Shown here: positions 14,219 to 30,127 of the stretch, one piece after another
Position numbering within the stretch: position 1 is the first letter of the stretch
How the letters are laid out: every line of letters starts with the position of its first letter
Origin: Eledone cirrhosa
Lineage: Eukaryota
Assembly (NCBI GenBank): GCA_964016885.1
Contig: OZ024745.1
Coordinates: 27,714,001 to 27,778,000, forward strand
DNA length: 64,000 nucleotides
Direction of reading: 5' to 3'
Translations under genes and position numbers: made by a program
The notes under the pieces: generated by a model
What the model was told of the DNA's origin: nothing
Database searches by the model: none
The model's input: only the letters and a program-made list of their open reading frames with translations

Positions 14219-14270
<52 letters not shown>

Positions 14271-14552
14271 CATGTGTATAAATATACATATAGTGGGGGG
14301 TGGGGGTGAATGAGTGTGTAAATATACATATATGCATTTTAAATAACCAATTACTAGCAAGAGTAAAACATTTTGGGATTGCTTAAAAAAGAAAACCTTT
14401 TCCCGATATCAAATACGTTTATTTTGCGATATTATCTCAAATATCAACAACTGACACAAACTCGCTGCACTAAACCCACCTCTGCTGAAATATTGTCTAA
14501 ATGAATGTTTAACTCATATCACTCAAGGTAAAAACATATACGCTCAAATGTT

Positions 14553-15209
14553 CATAAGCTGAAAACTTCATAGGCTGACCAAGATACTCTCATGGAATGA
14601 CCAACTAAGGTTTATTTTTCAAAATAGTCCCTGGAAAGGAACAATGAAGTTATTAATGAAATTATGAAATTAATGGATGCAAGATTTCACAGCTCTAGCA
14701 TCACTCCTTCATATGTTGAGAAGTTGATAGGCTGACCAAGATACACTCATGGAATGACCAACTGAGGTTTATTTTTTAAAATAGGGAAAGGAACAATGAA
14801 GTTATTAATGAAATTATGAAATTAATGGATGCAAGATTTCACAGCTCTAGCATCACTCCTTCATATGTTGAGAAGTTGATAGGCTGACCAAGATACACTC
14901 ATGGAATGACCAACTGAGGTTTATTTTTCAAAATAGGGAAAGGAACAATGAAGTTATTAATGAAATTATGAAATTAATGGATGCAAGATTTCACAGCTCT
15001 AGCATCACTCCTTCATAGGTAGACAATTTCATAGGCTGACCAAGACACTCTCATGGAATGACCAACTGAGGTTTATTTTTTAACATTGTCTCTGGAAAGA
15101 AACAATGTAGTTATTAATAAGAAGTGTTGAAATTAATGCATGCAAGATTTCACGGTTCTAGCATCATTCCTTTATAGTCAGGCTATGAACTTTTTAGCTT
15201 ATCCTCCTG
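14553..15209. mobile_element. Mariner-type MITE with four internal 152-157 bp tandem units
   Basis: TAGGCTGACC recurs at 14571, 14728, 14880 and 15032; right end GTCAGGCTATGAACTTTTTAGC is the inverse of the left end. Confidence 0.75.
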
Positions 15210-15388
15210 CACTTAATCTATCCATATATTTTACGTCATATGTAGATGTGTGCAGGTATATATATATTCATTTAGATTGAAATCGTTGCGCTTGAGTTCC
15301 AAGAGTTCTTTGTAAAAGTAACTTCCCACTATCAAACTGTCTGTTGAAATTATCCTTCTAAAATCCGTCCAAATAGTCTCTTTGTATG

Positions 15389-15448
<60 letters not shown>

Positions 15449-16338
15449 TATATATATATATATATGTGTGTGTATGGGGGGGGGTGTATGTGTGTTTGTT
15501 TGTGTGTGTGTGTGGCTATGTGTGTGTGGATATGTGTGTGTGGTTATGTGTGTGTGTGTATGTATATATATATATATATATAAATACATACATACGTATA
15601 TACATGTATGCATACATCTATGTATGTTTGTATATTTACATGTGTATCAATTTGTGTCTGAGTGTGCACAGGGTATGTTTACGCTCGTGTTGTGTTCGTT
15701 GTGCCTCATTATATATGTGAGCGTGTGGTTGTATGAAATGTCTTGTTATTCTCCTTCTATTAAATGAACAACTGAACTACTTTGAATCATAGCAGCTATG
15801 CGGTTTGCTAATTTAGTCCAATCTAAAACGGACGTAAATTATAGTTGGCCGTTGACCACAACAATATTCGTGACTTTTTCCAATATAATCCACTGTTGTC
15901 GAAACAGCGGGTCAGCTTCTCTTTCTTGGTTACAACCTCGGAAAATGAAGTATCAAGTGTTTTTATCGCAGCTAGTGTGTATGAAATGCACGATAGCCTA
16001 CGTTGTATGGATGTAGAATATCAACTCACCCTCTTCTTTATCTATTGTTATTATAAATTTTACAAATCAACAGTAAAAAAAGAAGCAAAAACAACAACAA
16101 CAAACAAACAAAAACAACAACTACAACAACTACAACAACATCGTTTTGTCTCTTGATAATTGAATTATATATCGAAGGAGATCACGAAAAAGCTGTAAGG
16201 CGTCGTGACTATTTTATAAACGGTTAAGGAATGGTAATTTGAACACGAAATATGAGAGCGAAAAACGTATTTGTAAATAGTATAGAACTGATAGAAAAAT
16301 AGATTATATATATATATATATATGTATATATAATATAT

Positions 16339-16399
<61 letters not shown>

Positions 16400-17438
16400 G
16401 AATATATGCATACATTGATATATAAACACACGTTTATATATATATATATATTTATATGTATATAAATGTTTGTGTTTATATATCAATGTATGCATGCATC
16501 TGTCAAGTATTGTTAAAAGAATCTAATAATAACTCTTATAGCTCTATATGTGCACTTCCAGGTAATCCATACATATGCATATCTACTTAGACTTCACCTC
16601 GGGCAAACAAAGAGCCACTAAAATAGATATATGCCTCTTACATTAAATCTGACTATACAGGCATTTACATATGAAACAAGGAAGCATACATGCATAAAAA
16701 GTATACAATTATTGATAACTACTGTCATACGTAATTCGAAACACCAAAATATATGCATTTATATATTTCATATTTGTATATATTCATATAATCATACATT
16801 TATAAACAGATGCAATGCAAAAAGTAATTTCACTGAAAAATATGCGCAGAAAATCTGTATTGTTGTGTTGTCGTTGTTGATGCATTGCCCTAGGTAAGCC
16901 CTAACTGAACAGACTTATGATAATTTCTTATCCTGCCATATGTAACCCGTTTGTCTTTCGGATCTAGTTGGATCTATGGTCCCGTAACTCCTGATAGAAT
17001 CTTTTGGACGCCGTATTGACATACGTTTCTTGGGCATTTTAACCCTGGCGGAGCGCATCCCTATCCAGTCCTCTAGCTTAACTGAGGTTAAATTACTGCA
17101 TGCTTTCCTAACTTTCACACGAGAGAAAAAAACCTATTGCAAAAACTTTCCAAGCCTTCTTATCTTACAATAATTTTCAATGCTAGCCTCGCATCCGCTT
17201 CCTCTTAAAATTCTCTCTTAAACATATACAGATTTCGTTCATTCTTACACATCTTGTCAGATGTATTTTGTCAGAAAAGAAATCCCGTGAGTTAAGCTAT
17301 GGAACATGACAATGGTCAGTAATGTTTAAAGATATAAATGGCAGAGAAACTGGGTTGATATGCGGGACAGAGTCTTCTGTATTTCAGGCGTTGCTTTACA
17401 GCTTATTTTAGAGAAGAAATTGTTTAAAAACCCTAGAC

Positions 17439-17512
17439 CAGTGATTCTCAACCAGTGTGCCGCGACACACAGGTGTGCCGCGAGATCTTCCTAAGTCTGC
17501 CGCGAAATTTTG
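17439..17512 (+). mobile_element. hAT (Charlie/Buster-like) terminal fragment
   Basis: CAGTGATTCTCAAC terminus after CCCTAGAC, with subterminal TGCCGCGA x3; partner end not found. Confidence 0.5.
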
Positions 17513-17999
17513 AACGGCACACTAAGAAAATGCGAAAAACCACGTGATCCCAATTGAGTATTCACAGTCTATGGTTTAACATGTTGCACCACATAGCTTT
17601 GTTCATTTAGCGATGAGTGAAATGTTTCCAAATGTCGCAATGCTAAAAATTCTATATCTTTTATTGTTTCGTTCATCGTTAGTATTGATCATATGAATGG
17701 ATATTGGTCAATACTTGTCTTCCCCCCGGAAGAAAATGTTTGATATTATATCATGCATCTTTTTTTCACTTTTATGGTAGAATCTACCTCTAAAACAGTT
17801 TGTCTAGAGCCTAGACAAACAACAGTTCAATTAGTATTAACTAAGCTATTGTTTTTCACTAGACCTGCTAGAAATAGCAGTTGTTTATATAGTTACTATT
17901 TCTCGCAAGTTGAGACCATAAAGATCATAGTTTCAGCTGAAGTCGGCGTTTGTGTGTGTATATTTTGTGTGATTAAATTTGTCTGCAAGCAAATATGTT

Positions 18000-18063
18000 T
18001 CTCCCTCCAGTCAAAAGATCTTCTCCCTCCAGTCAAAAGATCTTCTCCCTCCAGTCAAAAGAT
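18000..18063. repeat. 22-bp tandem repeat x3
   Basis: TCTCCCTCCAGTCAAAAGATCT units. Confidence 0.85.
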
Positions 18064-19265
18064 GAAGTCTCTTAACATAAACTTAATTGCAGCTGTCAGT
18101 GATCATGATGCATACGAAAATGACTAATGTTGAACAGCCGAACAACTGACTACATTGCCACCAGTTTAAAATTTACTACAATAATCACGAGTATATCTCC
18201 GAGCAAATCACACATCTCAGTGTTTTGCACTTCATATCACTGACAAAATAGTTTTCTTTTCTATTTATTGTTTGAGTGGTTAGCCATAAAAAAGAGTATC
18301 CAGCTTCAAAACCAACCGTAATATTTAATTTTTCATACATGAAAAACAACAATCAATAATCTACAGAGAAAATGTTCTTTAGGTTTTTCATTTAATTTAG
18401 GTTAATCATGTGGCCGAAGCTCTTTCGTTCTTTTAATTTTCCTTTCGTTTTGTTATATTTAATTTCCCTTCACAAACAACATCTACATTTCTTTCCGAAT
18501 TCTACATCGCCTTTGAAAATATTGTAGCACATCTACGATTTTCTTTTGATTTTAAAGAAAATGTTGACCATATAATTATGTTGTTGCTCTTTAGTCCTGG
18601 GTCAGCTGTAATCAATTAAACCTTTTACTAAAGCCATTCCAGCAGTTAACTTCGTTTCAGATATAGTTTATCTTAAGCTTCAATATCACATATGTCATTA
18701 TTTTTAAGACGGTAGGGGATTATTTTAGAGAAATTTAACAGTTTCCTTCACTATTTTCTTTCCCTTCTCAGCTAGATTAAAAAATGCTGATCGAGGAAAC
18801 CTATTGTAAAGGAGATTCAAGCCATCATCATCCCGTCTTTTTATGAATATTATATCCTAAGATTGCATTATTTATATTTTACATGCTAATATTTATACAT
18901 GTCTACAAGCCCTTCCACGAGACACAACGTCTACTAGCACTATATGCTTTAAGCACGATTCAGCGACATCCAAGTAATAGTTTACCTTAAAATTTTCAAA
19001 CTATTTACTTCGTTCTAGCATGAATATTTATAATGTTTAACTACGTCGGCAAACCTATTCAAACGTCATACAAATTAGACTGTATATTTCAGATTTTATC
19101 TATATTCTGTATAAAATATGTAGCGTTGCTATAGTAATATTCCCCAGTATGCTGTGTCATAGAAGTAGTTATTCTGTGACGAAGACAAAAAATTCAGAAA
19201 GTATATGGATATTTAAAAAAATTATTTCTATGACAGATGAATATTTGAAAGTGTTTACACTCCAC

Positions 19266-19829
<564 letters not shown>

Positions 19830-20055
19830 GTGGTATTTTTTTTTTAAAGCACTGTTGAATAGGAAATCTAAATTTTAATAATTTTAAAACCCATACAATA
19901 CATTAGAAAATTAAAGGTGCCAAGATAACGATAGAATTTTACCTTAGCAAATTTAATTATCCCAAATATTTCCGGGTTTAAAAACCCATTATTAAGTGAG
20001 TATCCCTGTGACGGACTTGAAGGATCGGTCGGAGATGATTTGTTGTTAGGAAGGC

Positions 20056-20131
<76 letters not shown>

Positions 20132-20134
<3 letters not shown>

Positions 20135-20257
20135 CGTTTCTGAATTTGTTTAGCAAGATTCTTTATCTGAAAACATGTGTTGAAACCGATATTGTTATGC
20201 TTTGGGAGGGTCATGTTGCGTGTGTTTCTTATTGGCAACATGACCCTCCCAAAGCAT

Positions 20258-20265
<8 letters not shown>
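20132..20265 (-). mobile_element. (TA)n-flanked fold-back insertion
   Basis: Perfect 31-bp arms 20189-20219 / 20235-20265 with tail 20132-20188; same family as 10197-10465. Confidence 0.75.
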
Positions 20266-20324
<59 letters not shown>

Positions 20325-20429
20325 GTTCCTTACCACATTTCCTTCGTTATATATATATATATATATACGAAGGTGTGTTTAGCGGAATATGAAATTTATG
20401 AAAAAGTTAGAAGCTTTGGACAATGTGGG

Positions 20430-21930
20430 GTGAGGCTAAAGAAAAATTGTCTAAGTAATACATCGTTTCTTCTAATTACCAAATACTGAAGCTGGTGAAT
20501 TACTGTACCAGCTACTGCAAATTTTGCATTTGATTCAGCCTCTTGCCTTCCATCACCCGCGAACACGGCCATGAGATACTTAAACTTCTTCACCTGCTTC
20601 AGTGGAACTCGATTCACAGGTAGAGTTCATTGCTCATCCTTTGTGCAGAGGACGAGTGTCTTAGTTTTCGCAGTACTGATTTTCATTACAGCCGTGCAGC
20701 ATTCGGCATCAAAACATTCAAGTACATGTCGGTCGGAGATCACCTTCCAACGAGTTAAATAATACCGTGTCTTCTGCAAATTCCAGTCGACTGATTTTAC
20801 ACCCACCAGTCGTGATAACACTTCCAACCCGGCTGCGCATATCAATCAATAATAAACAGGAGAGGTGTTAATACGCACCCTTGGCGGAGTGCGACTCCCA
20901 CATTGAATGGTTTCGATTTAGCACCGTTTATCTGAACACAAATACTCGGGCATTCGTAGAAACACATCAGGGCAAAAAGAAGCTGTTTACCAATCCCATA
21001 ACCAATCCTGCAGAACCTTCCACAGCGGGTCCTATGGAACGTGATCATATACCGTTTTGGGGTCTACAGAGCAAGAATGCACCTCTTGGCAATACTCTCA
21101 GGATTTCTCTAAGACCTGTCGCAGTGTGAATATTCGATCGACTGTATTGTGTCCGAGGCGAAAACCACACTATTCATCTGTTAGCGTGGACTCGGCAATA
21201 TCCCTACGCCTCTTTGCCAGGCACTTAGCATAGTCTTTACCGGGGAGGCTTAACAAGAAGACCCGTCTATAATTAAAGCAATCTCTCTTGTCCCACTTGT
21301 GGAAAATTGGGATTATCACTCCTGATTACTAGTGCTGAGGTGCCTTTTCCAGAGATCCAGGCCACTTGGCACACAGCCAGAGAAACCTTATCTAATTAAG
21401 GCTTTTAACTTATCGGGCCGAATCGCATCTTCCCCAGAGGCCTTGCTACATTTGAGCTCTTTAATTGCTCTTTGACCTCAGCCTCTGAGAGATTAGTCAT
21501 CGGTCACAGATGTATCTGGTGTACATTAGAAGATGCTGTTGGAACCGGGTTTATGAGATCAGCAAAGAATTCTCTCCACCTCGCGATGATGCACCTCACT
21601 GAAGAGAGGAGTACTCCAGACGCATTCCTAATAGCAGGTGTGGAGGAAGATTTATTATGAAGTCAGCGGGTGGTCTGCCAAAACACTTTACTTGCTGATC
21701 TGAAGTCCGCCCATGTCTTAACTTTGGGCGCCTTTACTGTCTCTGCTGCGATTTTTCGTGCCTACGTGTACCGCAAGTGTAAGAAGAAGGACTTATATCC
21801 AAGACAAGAATTACAGGTGTCCTCCTTTGCTCGGATGTCATCTTTGACCTCTAGATTGGACCACGATGTCCTCCTGCCACAAGGCTACATACCAAGCCGA
21901 TTTCGCCCGCTGCATTTAACAGCTGAAGTA
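20430..21930 (-). pseudogene. Decayed RTE-clade LINE reverse transcriptase region
   Basis: Frameshifted motifs GVIIPIFHKWDKRDC.NYR, LLSLPGKDYA, CGFR, FNVGVALRQGCVLTPLLFII, LKQVKKFKYL. Confidence 0.85.
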
Positions 21931-22195
21931 GAAAGGTGAGCTGGCTATGTTGCTAGGAGGAATAATGAAACACTACCGAAAATTCTCACTTATGGCCAAA
22001 TTCAGACGGGAGTGCGAAACGTAGGAAGACCTCTTCTTAGATACAGGGATAAGCTGAAGGATAATATCATGCATATTGGAAAACAAGCATATGCTCCTAA
22101 CCATAACTAGTGGAGGACAATCTGTCAAAATCGAATCAGGAGCCATGTCAACACAAGGACGTCGGTGATTTAAGACAAGGTCAAAAGAGTGCAGT
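21930..22195 (+). pseudogene. RTE LINE 3'-terminal fragment
   Basis: Translates R*AGYVARRNNETLPKILTYGQIQTGVRNVGRPLLRYRDKLKDN. Confidence 0.7.
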
Positions 22196-22286
22196 TACTT
22201 TTCAACGTTTTCTGTGTGAATGACGTGGTATGGTTTGCAAAAGCAAAGCAGGCTTGTGTCGCATGGAAGACACAAATACGAGAGTA

Positions 22287-22345
<59 letters not shown>

Positions 22346-22351
<6 letters not shown>

Positions 22352-22510
22352 TAGAAGGGGTATTTAATTTGTTGGAAATCCGACAAATATAAATATAAAT
22401 GTTTATAACTGATTTAGAGTACGCAACTGTTGAGTGCTCTAAATCAGTTATAAATATTTATATTTATATTTGTCGGATTTCCAACAAATTAAATACCGCT
22501 TCTACTTATA
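22346..22510. repeat. Near-perfect 165-bp palindrome next to (TA)n
   Basis: Centre 22428, about 4 mismatches; resembles the tail of the 10507/58388 family (TTGTTGG...TTTATAACTGAT...CACTCAAC). Confidence 0.9.
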
Positions 22511-22549
22511 AATAGCTCCTTTAATGTTGAGCACTTTAAATTCAGGAAC

Positions 22550-22640
<91 letters not shown>

Positions 22641-22936
22641 ACAGAGAGAGACAAAGAAAGAGAGAGAGGGAGAAAGCTGCGCATATCAATTATAGAATTA
22701 GAGTTATTTCACAAATAGCTTAATCAATTTTCGAACCTATGTTACGTTCCTTTATGTACCTAATCACACACGCAATGTACAATGCAACAGAAATGGTTCA
22801 GACAGCTAAGCATAAAATTCAATACCTTATCACATCTACCTGTAATATGTATTGTTCAGAGTTTATATTCATACGAGAACGAAGTTTTCTCTCATCCTTT
22901 TACATTAGTGCTAAAATCCTCATTATTTATGTGAAT

Positions 22937-23130
22937 AGGGCGGTGGATTGGCAGTATCGGCAGAGGGTCGGACGCCATGCTTTGCAGCATAGAATTATGG
23001 CCCTTTATGGTCTGAGTTCAAATCCCGCTGAGGTTAACTTTGCCTTTCATCCTTACGAGATGGATAAAATAAAGTACCAGTAATACACTGGGATAATTGC
23101 TGGCCTTGTGCCCAAACTAGAAACAATTAT
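22937..23130 (+). mobile_element. Full-length SINE family 1 with 15-bp TSD
   Basis: A and B boxes; ATTATTTATGTGAAT at 22922-22936 and 23126-23140. Confidence 0.9.
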
Positions 23131-23281
23131 TTATGTGAATTTATTTTAAAAAATACCTTAAGTTATATAAGTATGTTTTATCTATGTATGACTGCACATG
23201 CATATCAACATATGGGTGGATAAAGGCGGTGAATGGCACAAAGTTACAGGGACGAACAAAATACTTCGTGATTTCCTACAA

Positions 23282-23792
23282 ACGAGGGTCGGCTGAAAAG
23301 TCCATAGGCTGACCGAGATACTTTCATGGAATTACCAAATGAGGTTTATTTTTCAAAATAGTCCCTGGAAAGGAACAATGAATTTATTAATGAAACTATG
23401 AAATTAATGGATGCAAGATTTCACAGCTCTAGCATCACCCCTTCATAGGTAGAAAAGTTCATAGGCTGACCAAGATACTCTCATGGAATGACTTCATAAG
23501 GTTTATTTTTTCAAAATAGTCCCTAGAAAGGAACAATGAAGTTATTAATTAAATTATGAAATTAATGGATGCAAGATTTCACAGCTCTAGCATCACTCCT
23601 TCATATGTTGAGAAGTTGTTAGGCTGACTAAGATACTCTCATGGAATGACCAACTGAGGTTTATTTTTCAACATAGTCCCTGGAAAGAAACAATGCAGTT
23701 ATTACTAAGTTGAAATTAATGCATGCAAGATTTCACAGCTCCAGCATCAGTTCTTTATAGTAAGTCTATGAACTTTTCAACCAACTCTTGTA
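23282..23792. mobile_element. Mariner-type MITE with three internal ~157-bp tandem units
   Basis: Left TIR ACGAGGGTCGGCTGAAAAGTCCATAGGCTGAC; right GTAAGTCTATGAACTTTTCAACCAACTCTTGT; units at 23305, 23462 and 23620. Confidence 0.8.
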
Positions 23793-24208
23793 GATCCCTT
23801 TACAATCACAGTTCAAATCCCAGCTTTTAACACACCAGAATCAATCCTGGAAAAACAAAAATATATATATCAGCCATGAAATTAGATCTAATAGAATATC
23901 TCACCTGACCCTATTTTAAAAAACTATGCATAGTTAAATGTCATGTTGGAAACAGCAGTAAAATATCCCTAAAATCACGACCCCTCCGTTTTAAACACGG
24001 ATGTCGTTAAATCTGTCGGAAAGCTGCTGGTTCGAGGTGGAAGTGCAATAAAAGAATACCAAAAAATATATATGAATGTGAGATGTGTATCTGTATTTGT
24101 TAATATATATTTTGGCTAGTATGAGTGAATGAATGTGTTTGCATATATAAAAGTATAGATGTGACCTTGCGTCTATCTGTATGTGTGCATACGCGTAAAC
24201 TATGTATG

Positions 24209-24239
<31 letters not shown>

Positions 24240-24282
24240 CTGTGTGTGTGTGTGTATACATATATATGTATATATAGATGTA

Positions 24283-24327
<45 letters not shown>

Positions 24328-24384
24328 ATGTGTGAGTATGTGTGTGTGTGTGTATATATATACATATATAAGTATATATATGTA

Positions 24385-24461
<77 letters not shown>

Positions 24462-25128
24462 GAGTTTGTGTGTGTGTGTATTGATGATTTATGTATATGC
24501 ACACATGTATACGCCTATGATTGCATGCATGAATATGTATCAGGATAGAAGCATAGATTCCCGTCCCTGCGTCTATTGCTCACTGATGTTTTATTTTTCT
24601 ACTTATATAATGTTCAAGCATCAACGTGAATGCACAACTGTTGTGTATTGTATAATTTTAAACATTTATTTCACGTGATAAAAAACAACAACAACAAACA
24701 ACAGCACAGCAACCAAAAAGCTAGGAACGTAGCTATTTGCCCGGGAACGCGAAGCAAAATGTAGCTGCTTGCAAGCGTCTAACCAACGTGCAATAGCAGC
24801 AGGTGAAGCTATGGATGGACGCAGAATTTTAGGCATTCAAGGTCATGTATCATTTGAAATGTTGCGCGCGTGAGTACTTTGCATTCTGCATTGGTATGCA
24901 ACTGGCAACCAACCATCTGCTACAAGTCATAGAAGCCGGAGCTTATTGGACGAAAGCTGTCTGTGAAAGATTTCGGGCTTTCAAGGTCATACGTTCATTG
25001 ACGTCACGTTTAGACTGTTAGACATAGACAAAGATATACACACAGACACACAAACACACACAGACACACATGCACACATAGATACACATGCACACACAGA
25101 CACACACACAGACACACACACACACACA

Positions 25129-25186
<58 letters not shown>

Positions 25187-25277
25187 AATTATATAAAACA
25201 ATGTGCATGCACACACACACATATGTACACACAATCACACACGCAGAATTTATATAAACACTCACACACGCATATAT

Positions 25278-25323
<46 letters not shown>

Positions 25324-25514
25324 CCGTGCATGCACACACATTTACACGCACACACATACGGAGAACCATACACTGACACACTATCATACAACGTGCATGT
25401 AAAAAATATACACACACATTCACTCTCTCTCTCTCTCTATCTCTCTCACACATAACACCGACAGACACACAAACTTATATATATATATATATATATACAC
25501 ATATATATATATAC

Positions 25515-25725
<211 letters not shown>

Positions 25726-25732
25726 CATATAT

Positions 25733-25774
<42 letters not shown>

Positions 25775-25789
25775 ATATGTGTGTATATA

Positions 25790-25863
<74 letters not shown>

Positions 25864-25909
25864 TATATATATATACATATACACACACACATATATATAT
25901 ATATTTATA

Positions 25910-25940
<31 letters not shown>

Positions 25941-26604
25941 ACAACGTGCATGCAGACAAACACGCACTCACACACGCACTCACACACACACGCTCTCTCA
26001 CACAGACGTGTACGCACCACATGTAATGGTATTACACAAATACTACTTACACTCAATCATTTTATTTCAGTCTTTTTCTGTTATTGTTCAGTGTTCTTTC
26101 TTCTTTCCTTCCTTCGTTCTCCCTTTCTCTCTTTCACCTTCTCTCTGTCTTTCTCTTCTTCTTTGTTTCTCTGCATCACACGTTCTTACGTTCAGTCTTT
26201 TGCTTTTACTCTGTATTTTCCATTTACACGTGCCCGTGCATACACATACACATACACACAACCACATACACACAAACGCACATACACACGCACACACATA
26301 TATATATATACAACGCAGCCAAACTTATATACAGACATACACATAGCCACATACTCACACACACACTGTCTCTAACATCTATATGTCTATATTTTCCTTA
26401 CTCTCTCCACATGTTTCTTAACGACGATGTAAATGATCTGCATTGTGATTGGCTAAAACAAGTTTATAATCTGTCATATGTTGTCACCAATCAATGCGAA
26501 CACCGAGTAAGCAGTTTTTCGTCCCCAGTCGAAGGGATCCATTAGTTTCTATTTCACGTTACAGTATCAACAAACAGATATTTCTCTTCTACTTTTTCTT
26601 CTTA

Positions 26605-26862
26605 GTCCCGTAACTCCCACGAGAGTTGTAGGGAGACCACATCGACTTACGCGTTTCTAGGGCACCTTTAACCGTGGCGCAGCTCATTTCCTCTCCAGGT
26701 CTGAATACAGCAAATTTCTTCCAGAGAAGTGAGAGAATGGAAGTGGGGAAAGAGATATAGAGGTCGAATTGGGCCCAATACTAGACAGAGTTTAGAGAGC
26801 CGAAACGAATACCGCAAATCATTCTATCCGACATTCTATCATCTCTGCCAATTCGCCACCTT
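26605..26862 (-). mobile_element. SINE with extended 3' module, internally deleted
   Basis: Colinear with 355-676. Confidence 0.7.
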
Positions 26863-28772
26863 CTCTTGTACTAGATAATGTTATTATTTTTCTTGTTTTT
26901 CTCGTTCTCTTCCGTCTGTGTTCCTCCTTTCTCTCATTCTATTTTACCACGTCTCATACATTATCTCTCTTAATCGCTCATCTATATTTATTTGCATATT
27001 TCTCTCCTCTTTCTCTTTCCCTCTCTTTCGCTTTTCTAACTATCTTCCTCGTATTCTTCCCCCTTTGACTTTTTCGCTCCTTGTTGTCTCCTTTCTTACT
27101 ATCCATGTTATTAGCGAATGATACTGTTATATCGTTTTATGTATAAGCTGTTATCAATACACTCAAGCACTGTTTATTTCCTCACTTACTTTATACATCA
27201 CTTTCCGAGTGGATTGTTACTACTTGTATATATACATATTTTCTATAATATTCACGAACGACACACTTATAATATATCAATATAATATATATGCCCATAC
27301 ATAAACATGCATATGCATATATACACATATTGTTAATATGAAAATATCTTCATGCACTCGCACATGAATTTGTACACAAAACAGCTATCAAACAAATACA
27401 TATGCGTTCGTACATCGCATGGTATGCAAGCTCTCTTGTCTTCCCTTCGTCAGTTTGCTGCCGGTCTTTTCGGTACATTATCAAGAGGATGTCTACTAAT
27501 TTAGTATAAACCTTCTAGTCGTTATATCCTATTTAAGATAGTATTGTACGTAGCACTCCAGCCGATGATGCCATTTGGTAACATAAAGAAGCATTCTTGC
27601 AGATAATCTTCATAATTTCATACCATACTCAAACAACAAATTCTTCTAAAACTTCTTTTACCTCACTTTTCGTCCATACTGTTCATACAGTATTTAAGCG
27701 CGAAAACGTCCACGAGACATACACATACAAACAAAACATTGCCAGGCGAAGGCAAAAATTACAAATAAACGAAAATTATCTACCACACGAGGCTATGGGT
27801 TAAATTCATAACAGCAATTGTTGAAGCGAGTGGATCAGGTGTGTCTTCATCAGTAGGTATTATCCTTTTAAAACTTTAAAATGGCAAATACGCGGCCAGT
27901 GGATGACTTTGTTACTGCATTTGTTTAGTAGTTACTGTGGTCACGAGTAGATTCTATATAAATTCCATGGCTTGAAAAACTATATATATATATATATAAC
28001 TGTATATAATAAGAATATATCGCCATTATCTTTGCATGAATGTAACATGGTATATCAGAAATGGCTCTATCAAATATCAATGATAAAGGGAAGTAATTTA
28101 TCTCAGAATCGGAGGGAAAGCAACAAATAACCAGGGAAAATGAATATACACGTATTAGTGTTTAGCCTCAGAAAGAAAAGGTAATCCCTACGAAATGTAT
28201 CTATCTATATATCTATATATCTGAAATACACTATCGGAGCGTTGAGTAGATTGAGAATTTTAGTAAATGTAGCAATCTAAGACGCAGATAATAATTGTAA
28301 CCACAGTTGATATCATATAAATAATAGCTTAGACAATCGCGTCAAATACCCCCATAGACGGACAAAATGTGGCTAGCAGACGCTAGGAATAATTCAACTC
28401 CGTACCACAGTACTGGTGTGAGAAAGCTAGGCCCTATTGCTTCAGGTGCGTCACTGAGAATCTTATTATGTGAGGGCAACTACAAATTAATTTCAACCAA
28501 GTAAAGTAAGCAAATGAAATCCTCCAGTAGATGGTTTATACGTGAAAAGTATATAAGTTATAACTTTTTCTATTCTCAATACTGTGCGAGTAGTCGCCAT
28601 AGGCAATGGGTAAACATTCCGAAATACTAGTGTTTGGTGTTCTCACACGTCTATCGAGATAGTTGTGACAAGATCACAACTTAGAATAGTCATAGCGAGA
28701 CTTATATATATATATTATACATAAACATATCGTATATGCATTAATACACACCTCTAATAATCATAATGATAA

Positions 28773-28806
<34 letters not shown>

Positions 28807-28807
<1 letters not shown>

Positions 28808-28982
28808 CGAAGGAAATGTGGTAAGGAACCAGATGGACCATAACGCACCAAAATACTCAATAGAGTGGGTAATAGGAACGAGTAGGACCCCGACGGCTGA
28901 GCTCAAGCCGTTTCGACGGCTAATTCTGGACTGAATTAGCCGTCGAGACGGCTTGAGCTCAGCCGGCGGGGTCCTACTCGTT

Positions 28983-28987
<5 letters not shown>
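28807..28987 (-). mobile_element. Fold-back insertion family A, copy 2
   Basis: 55-bp arms 28872-28926 / 28933-28987, tail on the left, (TA)n on both sides. Confidence 0.85.
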
Positions 28988-29044
<57 letters not shown>

Positions 29045-29051
<7 letters not shown>

Positions 29052-29383
29052 GTGAGGTTTTTTTTACAAAATGAAAAATAACCGAGGTGTCCTACACGAG
29101 TGAAAGTATAAAGAAAAAGAGATGAAATCGAAAATGCAACTGAAGTCTTATTTTTTTTAAAAATATATATATTTATTTGGTTCCTTTACCGGTTTCGCAA
29201 TTCGTCTGCTTTTCAAAAGGTGAGTTGAGATGGAGGGTCTGTGGTTTTTAAACCACAGACCCTCCATCTCAACTCACCTTTTGAAAAGCAGACGAATTGC
29301 GAAACCGGTAAAGGAACCAAATAAATATATATATTTTTTAAAAAAATAAGACTTCAGTTGCATTTTCGATTTCATCTCTTTTT

Positions 29384-29390
<7 letters not shown>
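29045..29390 (-). mobile_element. Fold-back insertion with a hammerhead in each arm
   Basis: 141-bp arms 29107-29247 / 29250-29390 (1 mismatch), tail 29045-29106, (TA)n on both sides. Confidence 0.88.
29277..29314 (+). ncRNA. Minimal hammerhead, U3-A8 variant (mirror copy at 29183-29220, minus)
   Basis: CCUU-UUGAAAA-GCAgacgaauUGC-GAA-ACCGGU-A-AAGG. Confidence 0.75.
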
Positions 29391-30097
<707 letters not shown>

Positions 30098-30127
30098 TCT
30101 CTGTGTGTGTATGTGTGTGTGTGTGCA

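Noticed and set aside
22937-23030. A/B-box sequences as tRNA genes
   Set aside because: No cloverleaf; they are SINE heads with TSDs
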